A DNA stretch of 64,000 nt, taken from the IMG/VR virus record IMGVR_UViG_3300021400_000141, positions 257,354 to 321,353 of that record; one strand, 5' to 3'. This DNA is from a virus. Lineage: Duplodnaviria > Heunggongvirae > Uroviricota > Caudoviricetes. The translations under genes were made by a program, and so were the position numbers. Shown in pieces: positions 22,851 through 33,692 of this stretch; position 1 is the stretch's first letter, and every line of letters starts with the position of its first letter. The notes beneath the pieces are model-generated. The model was not told the DNA's origin and searched no databases. It worked only from the letters and a program-made list of their open reading frames with translations.

Positions 22851-25800
22851 TCCCTGTTCCTTCTGAAGTTCACAATATCGTTTGCAGTAGGCGCATTACC
22901 GTTATTCAATATCTTATAGACATCTTCTACGGTCACGGTTTCCGCTTTGGGCGGATTTACTTCGAGGTGTTCGGAGCTGAGTGAAGCCAGTTTCATTCCG
23001 GACACTTCCGCATTGGACACTACCTTTTCATAGATATCCTTGTACTCTGTTCCATCCTCGGTTGTTTTCGTCGTGATTGCATTTCCGTTGGACTGGTCGT
23101 TCAGGTCGGCTACGGTAAGCATTCCCTTCAACGAGTCGAAATCGATGAGGTCCTGCTTTTCGATGATTCCGAATTCGTTTTCGAGCTGTTCGTACTTGTC
23201 AGCGTAAGGCCCGTTGTAGAACGAGTCGAACATAAGTTCGCCCTTGTACTCTTCAAACATCTTAACGATTGCGTCAAACTCCTGCTTAATCTGGTCTCCA
23301 ATGAAGGCATGCAGAATGTATGCGTCTCCACCGACTGCCACGAAGTTGTTGTAGCCGCCGATTACAGAAGAATTTGACACGTATTCGTCTTCCTTCGTAG
23401 CTGGTACGAACAGACCGTTAATCCAGCGGCCCCTCTGGTAATGTTCCTTAGTAACCTGTTTCTGGTCGTACAGGTTGTCCACGGACTGGGGCAGGTATGG
23501 TCTTCCGTCGCCGCATGGAATGTGCAAACGTCCGTCGGCGAGAGTTATGTATGACGCATCAATCATGTCTTCCGCCCTGATTTGCACCTTGTAGTATTCA
23601 TCTCCAAGGAAGTTCTTGACGAATGCAATCGGGTCGGTAGAATAATAGCTCAAAACTATTGGCTTGAACCTTGTGATGTATTCACCAGCGAGTAAGGCTC
23701 GGAAGGACTGTAGATTTCCCATCATTCCGAAATAAACAAGCAACTGCTGGTATGCCACACGGTTCTTGTTGAACCATTCGTACATGTCTCCCTTGTTCGG
23801 CATCTTAGTTCCGTAGGCATCCATCTTCAACTGAATCATCCTGATGAACTCAATCAGGTTAATCAGTGGAAGGTTCTTCGGGAACTTGAAGTTGCGGATA
23901 GACTTCGGATTTACGTACTTTATGCCGCCGAACGTGTCCGCATTCTTGTATACGGACGAATTCTTTGGAAACCATTGTGTCGTCTTGTCCTTTTGTAATT
24001 GGGTTGATGGTAATTTAGCATACTTATCTGCTGGAACGTATGAGAAGTCAACTATCGGGTCTCGCTGAGAGATAAGGCTGTCCCTGAACTTAGGTGCGTC
24101 CTTGTGGTTGACACCGATTGGGAGGAATTCCCAGTCGAACAGGTCGGCACCGACAGTCAGTCTGCCACACCATATTACGTTGAACCTTGCACCGTACTTT
24201 CCATTGATACAATCGTCTGTGAATGTGCGAGCTATCTCGATGAGTTTCAACATATCGTCGCTGCCATCTTTGATTGGCGTTTTGAGGTCATCTTGGTAAA
24301 TCATTATCTTTACAGCAAGACCGTAGTTGTGCCATGATAGGAAGGCACTTTCGCTTCCACCAAGACATCTAGCACGCTGGTCATCGACTGAGCGTGTTGT
24401 TTCGAGCAGTTCAACTCTGTCCTTTCCAAACTCGTCCTTCAAAATTTTGAGAAGATAGGCAACAGAAGGATAGATGTTTATTCCCTTCCTAAGGTCTGAA
24501 ATCTCCTTGCTCGTGTCGTAGAAGATTTTCCAACCGTCCTTTCCAGAACCGAAGCTACCGCTACGGTCTTTGATTGCATATCTCGACTGGTCGAATGGGC
24601 CGTAAGTGCCAAATGCATATCCTCTAATTTCCTCGTCGTATGGGAAATACGGAAGGTTGTACTCGATATTCACTTGTGTGGTTTCGTCTCCACTCTTGGT
24701 GTCTTCGAGACCTACCTTGAAATACTGAGTCTGCCCTTTTGCTGGTATATCTACAGAGGTATCCATCGCTATTGTATGGGCATCTACTATCGTAGCGGAT
24801 ATTGGATTGTCAATACCACCGATTTTCACTGATACTTTTTTCCCTGGTTCGAGGTCTTGTGGGATTTCCTTTGTAACGATGATGTTCGATGATGATTTCG
24901 TATAGTCGGATTCAAACCATATAGTCCGTTCGGGTATATACATGTCCTTTGGATACTTGCTGTACAATCCTACGTTAATGAACCTGATTTCTGTCCAGCG
25001 TATACCGATGCATTGCATCTTAGTTACCGTTCTCCAGAACCAGAGGAAGCGCTTCTTCTTTTTCACCTTTCTGTATATACGTGTCGGAATAAGCATTCTA
25101 GCTGGGAACCTTGCCGTAATAGGAATGCCTGTATTTAAGTCAACACCGTAGCAATCGCTGATTTTTAGAATCATATCTTTGCTTTCAAAGACTGAGTCGG
25201 CTGTATAATACTCGAAGTATTTTATCCTGTTGACTACACGGTTGAATTCTCTAACACTGGCCTTCAATGAATTTAACTTCACTCGCAATATAGCCGCAGC
25301 AGCTGGTTGTATAAAGGCCATCGCAACTATCGCTGCATCAAACTTGTCTACGATATCATCGACATCATCGACGATTTTTAGTTTTTTATATAAATGTGCC
25401 GATTCAGTGGATGAATCTGCTTGAAACAATGGAATAAGGTCTTCGAGTTCAGTGTCCCAATCGTCTGGGTTGTCGGATTCTACATCTGCACCTTTATACC
25501 AGTCAACAACCCTTACTTTCATGTCTGGATGGGAACTGACGAACGATTCCATACTCTCTTGGGTTTGTGCAACCGTTGGTGGAAAACTAAACGTGTCGCC
25601 ATTGGCTTTTGATACGCTTGTAGATATTCCTGCGATTACAAAGTTCAATAAGTTGGCGAGATATTCTATCCTACCAACAGCGGAACGTGGTTGTGCATAT
25701 GTGTCGTACGTTTCAACTAACAGAGTGTAGAAATCGCCAAGTGAATATTCAGTGTAGGATATCAGTGCGTTTTCATAGTTGCTATCCTTATACTCTTTAC

Positions 25801-27103
25801 TTAACTTATCTGTATCGATAGATTGGTTCATCTTTTGATATACGTATTGGTCACCCTCAATCTTCACCCAGTGGAATCTTTTGTATTTTCCGCTAGCGTA
25901 ATATGGAGATACAATAGTAACATGGTCATTCCATCCTTGAGCATTTCCATCTATATATTTGCTGTGCTTACATTTCAATGATTCAATATCAATAAGAAAA
26001 GTTTCTCCATCTGCCGTATAATTGATTTCATCTTGTGTTGCGTTGCGAAAATCCGTAGCTGAAACATCCTTGATATTTCTCCGTGTCGATGATTTCAAAC
26101 ACTTTTTCAATACCCAAAGGCTCTTTATCCCCTCCAGAACATCCTCGAAAGCTTCGTTGAATTCATCGGCAACTTCTTCTTTCGGAAAGTATGCCTCGAA
26201 AGCATCCCGCAATGAAGGCAAGAACGGAGTACGGTTGTCACCCGTGCAATCAATCATGTAGCCATAGTTTTGCATCGCTGTACAGAACCCAGATGTATTA
26301 TAACCGACAACGCCTTTGGAGTTCATAATCCAAGGCAAGACAGGATTTGGAATTGTAACATCTCTCCTAGGTTCACCTTTCTTCGGTTCTGGTGCGTTAG
26401 GGTCTACTAGGTCGTAATATGTAGATACTTCAACCTCGAACTTGTTTTCCCTAACTTCCCTAGCGACGTGGCTCATGCGGCGTTCCAGAGTAGAGTAAGG
26501 AAGCACGCAGTTTTTCTTCGCCCATTTGCCTGATTTTGCCCACTTGTATGTTTCGCATCCGCTTCCGAACAGACCGAACATTGCCATGGCATGTGCATAC
26601 ACGTTGTCGTTGGTTGCCACTGGCTGCGGATTATCGATTAGGGTGTATTTGGGGATGACATTCAAGGTAAGCGGCACTCTCTGGTCAACACCAGCATCAT
26701 CGTCGTAATGGGCATATCCTTGTACTGTCGTCACTAATGTACCGTCTGTACGGGGTACTTCATACTCGGCATCACCAAGAGATGTACCTAGCCTGAACGC
26801 ATATCTGTCCTCACTCTCAGTTCCATCCTCGTTAATAATGGAACAGCTTTGAACGAGCTTTCCGTAAGCTTTATCGTTGTCGCTTCCGTCAAAATACTTA
26901 TCAGTGTTGTAATATCGGCTGGTATCACCAAGGGTTATGCCCGTAACGATGTAGTCAATGTTGCGTGTGACAATTTCGTTCAGCGAGGTGTCGCCGTCGT
27001 CTGTGGCTGCGGACGAATCTGCCTTTATGGGCACGTCTTTTAACTCTATTTTGGCGTCAGTCTTGCCTGACATTCTTTTGAAATATTTGCTGAAATCGAA
27101 CAT
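22847..27103 (-). CDS. 1418-aa probable virion protein with an internal peptidase M15-like domain
   Basis: TTRSVDDQ...SWHNYGLAVK resembles the M15 R...Q...SxHxYGLAxD motif. Confidence 0.6.
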   Translation of the reverse strand: MFDFSKYFKRMSGKTDAKIELKDVPIKADSSAATDDGDTSLNEIVTRNIDYIVTGITLGDTSRYYNTDKYFDGSDNDKAYGKLVQSCSIINEDGTESEDRYAFRLGTSLGDAEYEVPRTDGTLVTTVQGYAHYDDDAGVDQRVPLTLNVIPKYTLIDNPQPVATNDNVYAHAMAMFGLFGSGCETYKWAKSGKWAKKNCVLPYSTLERRMSHVAREVRENKFEVEVSTYYDLVDPNAPEPKKGEPRRDVTIPNPVLPWIMNSKGVVGYNTSGFCTAMQNYGYMIDCTGDNRTPFLPSLRDAFEAYFPKEEVADEFNEAFEDVLEGIKSLWVLKKCLKSSTRRNIKDVSATDFRNATQDEINYTADGETFLIDIESLKCKHSKYIDGNAQGWNDHVTIVSPYYASGKYKRFHWVKIEGDQYVYQKMNQSIDTDKLSKEYKDSNYENALISYTEYSLGDFYTLLVETYDTYAQPRSAVGRIEYLANLLNFVIAGISTSVSKANGDTFSFPPTVAQTQESMESFVSSHPDMKVRVVDWYKGADVESDNPDDWDTELEDLIPLFQADSSTESAHLYKKLKIVDDVDDIVDKFDAAIVAMAFIQPAAAAILRVKLNSLKASVREFNRVVNRIKYFEYYTADSVFESKDMILKISDCYGVDLNTGIPITARFPARMLIPTRIYRKVKKKKRFLWFWRTVTKMQCIGIRWTEIRFINVGLYSKYPKDMYIPERTIWFESDYTKSSSNIIVTKEIPQDLEPGKKVSVKIGGIDNPISATIVDAHTIAMDTSVDIPAKGQTQYFKVGLEDTKSGDETTQVNIEYNLPYFPYDEEIRGYAFGTYGPFDQSRYAIKDRSGSFGSGKDGWKIFYDTSKEISDLRKGINIYPSVAYLLKILKDEFGKDRVELLETTRSVDDQRARCLGGSESAFLSWHNYGLAVKIMIYQDDLKTPIKDGSDDMLKLIEIARTFTDDCINGKYGARFNVIWCGRLTVGADLFDWEFLPIGVNHKDAPKFRDSLISQRDPIVDFSYVPADKYAKLPSTQLQKDKTTQWFPKNSSVYKNADTFGGIKYVNPKSIRNFKFPKNLPLINLIEFIRMIQLKMDAYGTKMPNKGDMYEWFNKNRVAYQQLLVYFGMMGNLQSFRALLAGEYITRFKPIVLSYYSTDPIAFVKNFLGDEYYKVQIRAEDMIDASYITLADGRLHIPCGDGRPYLPQSVDNLYDQKQVTKEHYQRGRWINGLFVPATKEDEYVSNSSVIGGYNNFVAVGGDAYILHAFIGDQIKQEFDAIVKMFEEYKGELMFDSFYNGPYADKYEQLENEFGIIEKQDLIDFDSLKGMLTVADLNDQSNGNAITTKTTEDGTEYKDIYEKVVSNAEVSGMKLASLSSEHLEVNPPKAETVTVEDVYKILNNGNAPTANDIVNFRRNRD

Positions 27104-27217
27104 ATTGGCTCACATGCTTTCGTTTATAGTTTATCAGGGTGGAAATAAACCGTTTCGATATAAAAATACCTTTTGAAAAATGTATTTTAACAACAGTTTA
27201 ACACATAGGTATAACCC

Positions 27218-27871
27218 ATGAAACATACATTGACCCTGCATTCCGTTGACCTCAAGGTTGACATCGACGAAAAGAAGGAATTTCTCGACCAAGTTTTCGG
27301 TCGAGGCAAAAAAGGCCCTGAAAACGAATACTCTATCAGCAGCTTCGATATTCTCGGCAGAGCACTGACCACCCTGGGTGATACGCTGGAACAGGAAGAC
27401 TATGGTAAGGTGTATGACTTCCTCCAGGCTGTTGAGGGTGCTGTGGCGGAAGGCTTCTCCAAGGTGGCCGGCGACCTGCTTACAACGTCCCGTAACACGA
27501 TGAGTGAGGTTGATGCGGTGAAGCTCTTTAAGGATGGCGATGCCAACGCTGCAAAGGACCTTGACTGCGATGTTCCGTCCATGTACAACATCATCATCGC
27601 TCTTCTTGAAGGCATGAAGATTTGCTGTCATGAACGTCTATGGAAGGTCAGGTACAGCCCGAGGAATAAAATCGAGTCTCCTGACATCCAGGCATTCGAA
27701 ACGCATGCGGCAGAAGAACTTGCAAAGAAGAAGGGTAAGGCAAAGGCCAAGAAAGAGAAGCCTGTCCTCACCAAGGAATTCGTCAACAAGAAGGTTCTCA
27801 AACTGGACGGTTTCGAAAAGCAGCCAAAGAAGACAACCAAGAAGACTGGTTCGACCAAGAAAACAAAGTAA
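27218..27871 (+). CDS. Hypothetical protein with Lys-rich tail
   Basis: 217-aa ORF. Confidence 0.65.
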   Translation: MKHTLTLHSVDLKVDIDEKKEFLDQVFGRGKKGPENEYSISSFDILGRALTTLGDTLEQEDYGKVYDFLQAVEGAVAEGFSKVAGDLLTTSRNTMSEVDAVKLFKDGDANAAKDLDCDVPSMYNIIIALLEGMKICCHERLWKVRYSPRNKIESPDIQAFETHAAEELAKKKGKAKAKKEKPVLTKEFVNKKVLKLDGFEKQPKKTTKKTGSTKKTK

Positions 27872-27950
27872 GAAATTACATAATTAAAAGAAAGCCTCCC
27901 CAAACGGGGAGGCTCCTTTGTTGTGGCTATAAGGAGGCAATTCACCACAA

Positions 27951-28433
27951 CTAAAGCTTAATCTGGTCCTTGTAGTCCTTCTGGGTAATCGGCTTGTCCG
28001 AGGTTGCAGATGCCGTAGTGCAAATTGCGAAACGGTTCTGCCTGAGGTTCCTGAGCAGCTCTTCCTTGTTCCATACACCACGCTCTTCTGCGGCCTCACG
28101 GTCCTTCTGGGCGGACTTGCCGATGTTGCTGGCATCCTTCGGGATGTCGTACTCCATACGGCGGTAATTGCGGAAACCACGACCTGGGGTGTTGTTAACC
28201 ATGTCGTCTTCAAGGAACTTGTCCTGTTCGGCAGCGAGTCTGTCTGCGGTGTGCCAGTAGTTCTGGTTGTATGCACGGTCAAGGAACTTCTTTGCCTTGC
28301 CGCTAGAAATGTCGCTCACGTTCTTGGCATATTCCTGACACATCGTGAACATGTCGTGGCGATAGTCTGGGTGGGTGTCGAAGTTGTCACCAGCACTGCG
28401 ATATGCGTATTCAGAAGATTTTAGCGTACCCAT
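27951..28433 (-). CDS. Hypothetical protein
   Basis: 160-aa ORF; TATAAACTA on the minus strand at 28460. Confidence 0.6.
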   Translation of the reverse strand: MGTLKSSEYAYRSAGDNFDTHPDYRHDMFTMCQEYAKNVSDISSGKAKKFLDRAYNQNYWHTADRLAAEQDKFLEDDMVNNTPGRGFRNYRRMEYDIPKDASNIGKSAQKDREAAEERGVWNKEELLRNLRQNRFAICTTASATSDKPITQKDYKDQIKL

Positions 28434-28482
28434 AAAGAATCCTTTTATGACTTCACATTTAGTTTATATATTCGGGAAAACC

Positions 28483-28511
28483 TTGCCAAAACAACAAGAT
28501 TGAATTATATT
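28483..28511 (+). promoter_or_regulatory. Host sigma70-type promoter
   Basis: TTGCCA-N17-TATATT. Confidence 0.65.
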
Positions 28512-28518
28512 TGATTTT

Positions 28519-29073
28519 ATGCGAACTTCCGAAGAATACAACTTTCCTGACCTGCTGAACGACATCAGCGGCTACCATCTGGAGAAGTGGAACAAGACGA
28601 CCACCGCCTCCTGTTTTCGACGCTATGCTTCCGTAGACGAGTGGCAGCCTATGGCTCTAATGGAAGTTGTAACCGTGAAGTCAGAGAAGAAGGTGCGTGA
28701 CTTGAAGATAGGCATCATAGTGAACGTGCTGGATAGGAGAAATGTCCAGCTATGCCTGACATTTAAGAGCGAATACAACAAAGCAAGGCATTCCTTCAAG
28801 GGGGACAAGTCCATGTACAAGCCTAGGATGGAATTCCTGTTTTCCCGCCTGAAATGCAAAAAGTGGATTAGGTTTGGTCTTGTTGAGGACGACCGTTGTT
28901 GGCTTGGTGTTCCTGGCTCTCATGCGACAGAGGTTCCAGACCTGCTGTGGGAGATATACAAGAACATCCTTATGTATCCTTGTTCTCAGGCGTACGACGA
29001 TGTAGGGAAGAAACCTGAGCAGTCGGCTACTTCGCTCCCTGACCTATCGTTTTCAGAGCTTGACAGGGTATAA
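28519..29073 (+). CDS. Hypothetical protein
   Basis: 184-aa ORF after a sigma70-type promoter. Confidence 0.6.
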   Translation: MRTSEEYNFPDLLNDISGYHLEKWNKTTTASCFRRYASVDEWQPMALMEVVTVKSEKKVRDLKIGIIVNVLDRRNVQLCLTFKSEYNKARHSFKGDKSMYKPRMEFLFSRLKCKKWIRFGLVEDDRCWLGVPGSHATEVPDLLWEIYKNILMYPCSQAYDDVGKKPEQSATSLPDLSFSELDRV

Positions 29074-29084
29074 ACTATTGATGA

Positions 29085-32000
29085 TTGAATCAGTGGTTTA
29101 TCTCGATGGCGTTGTGTGAAGGAATTACAATAGAAACCCCGTTTATTATCTTTGGTCGAAACTACACAGGCCAGTTTGTTTCTCGCATACACTATCCAGA
29201 TAATGCTGGAATTACTAGCATAGAACTGGTTGATAAGAACGGGTTGTTCAGATTGGATGTTGATGAGTACGGCATGTACAACATATCATTGTACAGGTGT
29301 GCCCTTATCAATGTCAACGTGTGTGATTGTCCTAACGACTTGCCAGAATGCGATTGCCGTCCTGTAAACGCATTGACTCTCCTTGTGAACGGCACCGACA
29401 AATGTACGTTCCCGATATACACTGTAATCCCCGGCCATGTTCAGAATGCTGCGACAGAGGCGAATACGTTCGGAAAGCAGCTTGTTCTTGATTTCAATAT
29501 GCTGCCCGTACTTGACGATAAAGGAAGGCCGCCATGTCACAAGGATTTTGACCCCTCATCTGTAAACCTAGCGGGGTTCCTAGACTACTTCCATGTACTT
29601 TTTGAAAACGAGGATGACAAGTCCATCGCTGAACACGCTTCGTTCGAGACTAGGTTCTGCCAGATGTTCTATCAGAGCATCAGGATACCTTCTCGTTACA
29701 AAATCAAGGATATGTTCAGCCCAGGTGACGTACTTACTCTTAAACATAAGGTTGGAGTTGATGAATACGGAAATGACATCTACTATGTCATAGACCAGTC
29801 GGCTGTGTACAAAGATGGGACGAAAATAACTGGCCCGATTAAAGTCAGGTATGTCCAGAACGACAATACGCTTACGCTAGAAATGCCTGTCGATACTGAC
29901 GCTACTGATGACAGGAAGTTTACAACTCAGGTTATCCCGAACGGAACATACTACGATTACATTGAAGTTGGTCCTTCGATGGTAAAAGGAACGTTTGATA
30001 GCTTGTCTCATCTGTATATCATGAGCAAGGGAAATATCAAGGGCAAGGCAAAGTTCTATGTTGACGGCGTTGCTGTCGGAACGTTTGGTGGAACCGTTGT
30101 TGGAAACGTGACCGTTGACGGGGTTGAATATAAAGTTTGGAAAGTGTCCTTCGACACGACAGTGAGGTTAACCCTTGCGTCTGTGATTGGTTTGAAGTCT
30201 CCGAGTGGTGAGCAGTTTACTACGCTTCTCATGGATGGAAGCGTTGTTCTCACCCAGAGTATAGAAGACATTGGCCTTTTGAAGTTCCCGATTGACCAGT
30301 GTCACAACGATTTCATTGTCGAAGGTTCGAGTACGTCTTGCACCGAGTTGCAGCTATACGATGGTGTCACATCGGCAAATGTCCCTGTTTACGAACTTGA
30401 TTTGGAAAACAGTCAAATCAGGATAAACCTGATGCAGGGTATGTTCCTAACGGACGAACGTGGGCGTGAGGTTTGTGGCAAGAGCAAAATCGTTCTGAGT
30501 GGATTGGGATGTGGCGAAGACAAACCCGCATATCGTGTCGATTTTCCTGTTATACGCTATGTGTACGATGGGTCTAAGGTTGACGGCAAGTACACGACAG
30601 GAGCAAATTGTATCTACACGTCGCCAATCGAGTTGAACACCGACGACGACCCAGGTAATGCGAACACGCCAGCTAGGAACTACGGAAAGGACATGTATAT
30701 CAACCTGCGTGACCCTAAGTCATGCTGTGCGATGAGATACTTGTCCGTCAAGGTTAAGTACAACGAGTACCTCCAATACAAGCATGGCGAGCTTACTCTG
30801 AATGGAATACAGTTGCAGGAAAACGACTTGGTGTGGCTAACCTCGCAGTTTACAAAAGTTATCGACGATGATACAACCATCGACGAGAATGGTTTGTGGA
30901 TTGTGAAGAAGTACGATTGGGAGTATTACGGGCCTGTCACCGAAGATACGTTCATTGACCTTGGTGCCCGTGTTACAGAGAATGTTTCTGCAACCATCGA
31001 TACCAATGTTGGCAGAAGGTATGGAAACTATTGGCTGGGCAACGTAAATCTGAAAAGCGGAATGGTCGTCAACTTGCAAAATCAGGAAGACGGACAGAAC
31101 GGACTTTACCGCATCATGTGTGGAGAGTGGAAGTATCTGGGCCCTGCTGGTCCTTATAGCGGCAATACCATAGACATGTCTAACGATATTGTCACCTACA
31201 ATGATATCGATTTCTGTAAGTGCGGAATTTATCACATCTGGTATTACTACCTCAATGGCTCTTGCGTTCTGAATACTGCTAGCCGTACAGTGAAGGTTGT
31301 AGGAAAGTGCGGCGCAAAGGATGGTACGCTTGTCCCTGGCAAACGAATACGCATAACCGATTATCAGATAAAGACTGAAGTCGATAAGGGGCTGATGCCA
31401 GGTAGCAGCGGAGACCCGCTGGTAGATGAGTGCGTTCGTGAGACCGAGTCGTTTGACAAGCAGTACAGATTTGATGTCGAAGATATTGTTCATGGAGATT
31501 GCATCCAAGACGCTATCTATCCAAACTGCAATGAAGGTGCTCTATGCGACCACGAGTATGCGGCATTCTCAAAGGGAGAAGATGATAAGTACAACAGCAA
31601 CAACGGTACTGGTTTCAGTATGGTGTTCTGGCAGGCGAGCATGGATGATGACCGTGTTGACTACTGGACTATGTACGCCCTAGTTGGCCGCACAGCGAAG
31701 AACCCTAAGGAGTATGTGGCTTACCGTTTGCAACAGGTTGGTGCGGCTACCGTTGAAATGGTTGATGTGACCGACTGGTTTGAACAGATGCCTGTCTCCT
31801 ACGATGATGGTGAGAACGCTTATTTCAGGCCCGTTCCTATAACTGGTGCAAGCTTGTCTGCTGGAACTATAACATTCGATGTTCCAACAGATGGTTTTGT
31901 TGACAATGTTCAAGTAGGTGATGTTCTCAACGTATCGAACGGAAAAGCAATGGAAACAAAGATGCGGGCACGAGTTTCCCGTGTGTATGAAGGAGTTGCG

Positions 32001-32825
32001 ACAGCGGACATTTCGCTTCCACCTGGATTTAATCCGTCTGACTACTATGTGGAAATTTACAGGCATCAGATGGTTGGTTACGGTATTGAGATTAGTGACC
32101 CGTCTTGGGAGTTCAGTGGCAATGCTGACTATCAGTTGACGATGAAATACCCAGAGAGCAAGGATTACGAAGATTATGTACTGACTATTCCAACCGAGGT
32201 CGCCCTTCAATATAAAATCAATGAGAATACTACGTATTATGCGTATACAACTCGTGGAAATATCCGACCGATAGCATTTAAACTGACAGTAACGAAAGAG
32301 GAAGGCGGATATATAACATATGATGCTACCTTGAACCATCCTGTACCGACGTACGAGGTGATAACTCGCCGTGTCGATAACGGAGAATTGGTTGAGGAGG
32401 CAAAGCAAATACCTTATCCAATCCGAGTTACTTTTGGTAATGCCCTCACATGGAGAACAATCGGCGAGAGTTGGTCAATCAAGTCGAACTCGACTAAAAT
32501 AAGGATACCGAAATCTTACGATTTCAGGTTCTACAATACGCCAATCTCCGTTCAGGAGTTTGTCGATTTGTACAATGCGATGAAGCCGCAGTGTGTCTAC
32601 CCTGTCGATGGCGAGCTTATCCTTGCGGACGATGATGACAAGCCTGATAAAACAGACTATTGGATTAAGGACCTTGCCGACATGGATGGCTACCCGTCCG
32701 TAATCTTGTTAGACTCAATCTCCTATGGGTCTGTTGTAGACAATGAGCCAGACCCAGAAGGTAGCTCGACTAAGTATGTCGCCGTAGCGACAGACGGCTA
32801 TTTCAATCCTTCCTACGAGGATTGA
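29085..32825 (+). CDS. 1246-aa tail/fibre-like protein with a LamG/ConA-like C-terminal domain (likely ATG start at 29106)
   Basis: Two tail-fibre-type repeats (LNGIQLQENDLVWLTSQ...ENGLWIV; NLKSGMVVNLQNQEDGQNGLY); FSMVFW...DFRFYNTPIS; TATAAACTA at 29069. Confidence 0.55.
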   Translation: MNQWFISMALCEGITIETPFIIFGRNYTGQFVSRIHYPDNAGITSIELVDKNGLFRLDVDEYGMYNISLYRCALINVNVCDCPNDLPECDCRPVNALTLLVNGTDKCTFPIYTVIPGHVQNAATEANTFGKQLVLDFNMLPVLDDKGRPPCHKDFDPSSVNLAGFLDYFHVLFENEDDKSIAEHASFETRFCQMFYQSIRIPSRYKIKDMFSPGDVLTLKHKVGVDEYGNDIYYVIDQSAVYKDGTKITGPIKVRYVQNDNTLTLEMPVDTDATDDRKFTTQVIPNGTYYDYIEVGPSMVKGTFDSLSHLYIMSKGNIKGKAKFYVDGVAVGTFGGTVVGNVTVDGVEYKVWKVSFDTTVRLTLASVIGLKSPSGEQFTTLLMDGSVVLTQSIEDIGLLKFPIDQCHNDFIVEGSSTSCTELQLYDGVTSANVPVYELDLENSQIRINLMQGMFLTDERGREVCGKSKIVLSGLGCGEDKPAYRVDFPVIRYVYDGSKVDGKYTTGANCIYTSPIELNTDDDPGNANTPARNYGKDMYINLRDPKSCCAMRYLSVKVKYNEYLQYKHGELTLNGIQLQENDLVWLTSQFTKVIDDDTTIDENGLWIVKKYDWEYYGPVTEDTFIDLGARVTENVSATIDTNVGRRYGNYWLGNVNLKSGMVVNLQNQEDGQNGLYRIMCGEWKYLGPAGPYSGNTIDMSNDIVTYNDIDFCKCGIYHIWYYYLNGSCVLNTASRTVKVVGKCGAKDGTLVPGKRIRITDYQIKTEVDKGLMPGSSGDPLVDECVRETESFDKQYRFDVEDIVHGDCIQDAIYPNCNEGALCDHEYAAFSKGEDDKYNSNNGTGFSMVFWQASMDDDRVDYWTMYALVGRTAKNPKEYVAYRLQQVGAATVEMVDVTDWFEQMPVSYDDGENAYFRPVPITGASLSAGTITFDVPTDGFVDNVQVGDVLNVSNGKAMETKMRARVSRVYEGVATADISLPPGFNPSDYYVEIYRHQMVGYGIEISDPSWEFSGNADYQLTMKYPESKDYEDYVLTIPTEVALQYKINENTTYYAYTTRGNIRPIAFKLTVTKEEGGYITYDATLNHPVPTYEVITRRVDNGELVEEAKQIPYPIRVTFGNALTWRTIGESWSIKSNSTKIRIPKSYDFRFYNTPISVQEFVDLYNAMKPQCVYPVDGELILADDDDKPDKTDYWIKDLADMDGYPSVILLDSISYGSVVDNEPDPEGSSTKYVAVATDGYFNPSYED

Positions 32826-32877
32826 CCTTAGTTTTGTAAACTAAAATTTACATATATCTTTTTTTTCATAGTCCCCC

Positions 32878-32906
32878 TTGACAAGGGGGATTTATTAAGC
32901 TATATT
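32878..32906 (+). promoter_or_regulatory. Host sigma70-type promoter for infC
   Basis: TTGACA-N17-TATATT. Confidence 0.7.
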
Positions 32907-32959
32907 CTGATAGTCTGGGGACAAACTGTCTCCGACTAAACATTAAAAAAGGAACTTAG

Positions 32960-33556
32960 ATGTACAAATCCTACAATAACGGCAACTACTTCAAGCATAG
33001 GGATGCCCGTGATTTCAACGAAACGAAAACGTTCGACCGTAATGCCTCCATCCGATTGAAGAAGGATGATGGCTCTATCGAGCAGATGACCTATGGACAG
33101 GCTGAAAAGCTGGCGCAAGACCAGGGTCTGGATGTCGTTGTCGTGAACGAAAAGGCCGCAATCTTCAAGATTGGCGACCGAAAGAAGGAAGAGTACCTTA
33201 AAAAGAAGGCTCAGAAGGAACAGGACAAGAAGAACCGTGAAAACGCTCGCCGTTCCGAAGAAAAGACCATCACCTTTGGTCCGAACATTGGCGAAAACGA
33301 TTTCAACACGAAGATGAACAAGGCTGCCGAGTTCATCGAAGAAGGTCATCCTGTCAAGATTATCGTTCAGTTCCGTGGGCGTGAGATTTCCCACAAGGAT
33401 ACAGCAATGTCCACTCTGAAGCCCATGATTGTTGAAAAGATGACTGCCGCCAACGCTGTGTGCAGCAAGGAACTTCCCATTACCGACCAGAACCATGCTC
33501 GTGACTGGATGTTCTTCTATGTGAAGAGCAAGGCTCAGGCCAAGGAGGCCGTATGA
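32960..33556 (+). CDS. infC: Translation initiation factor IF-3
   Basis: AEKLAQDQGLDVVVV, KTITFGPNIGENDFNTKMNKAAEFIEEGHPVKIIVQFRGRE. Confidence 0.9.
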   Translation: MYKSYNNGNYFKHRDARDFNETKTFDRNASIRLKKDDGSIEQMTYGQAEKLAQDQGLDVVVVNEKAAIFKIGDRKKEEYLKKKAQKEQDKKNRENARRSEEKTITFGPNIGENDFNTKMNKAAEFIEEGHPVKIIVQFRGREISHKDTAMSTLKPMIVEKMTAANAVCSKELPITDQNHARDWMFFYVKSKAQAKEAV

Positions 33557-33692
33557 GCATGAAAGAATGGATGCGCCTAGCTAAAAACAAGGCGCATATC
33601 GCTATTATTGGCTTGAAGATGGCCGGTCTCGGGTTCGTACTCGGTATCACCATCATGAATATCGTTCGTAAGTTTAAGAAGGAACAAGATTA

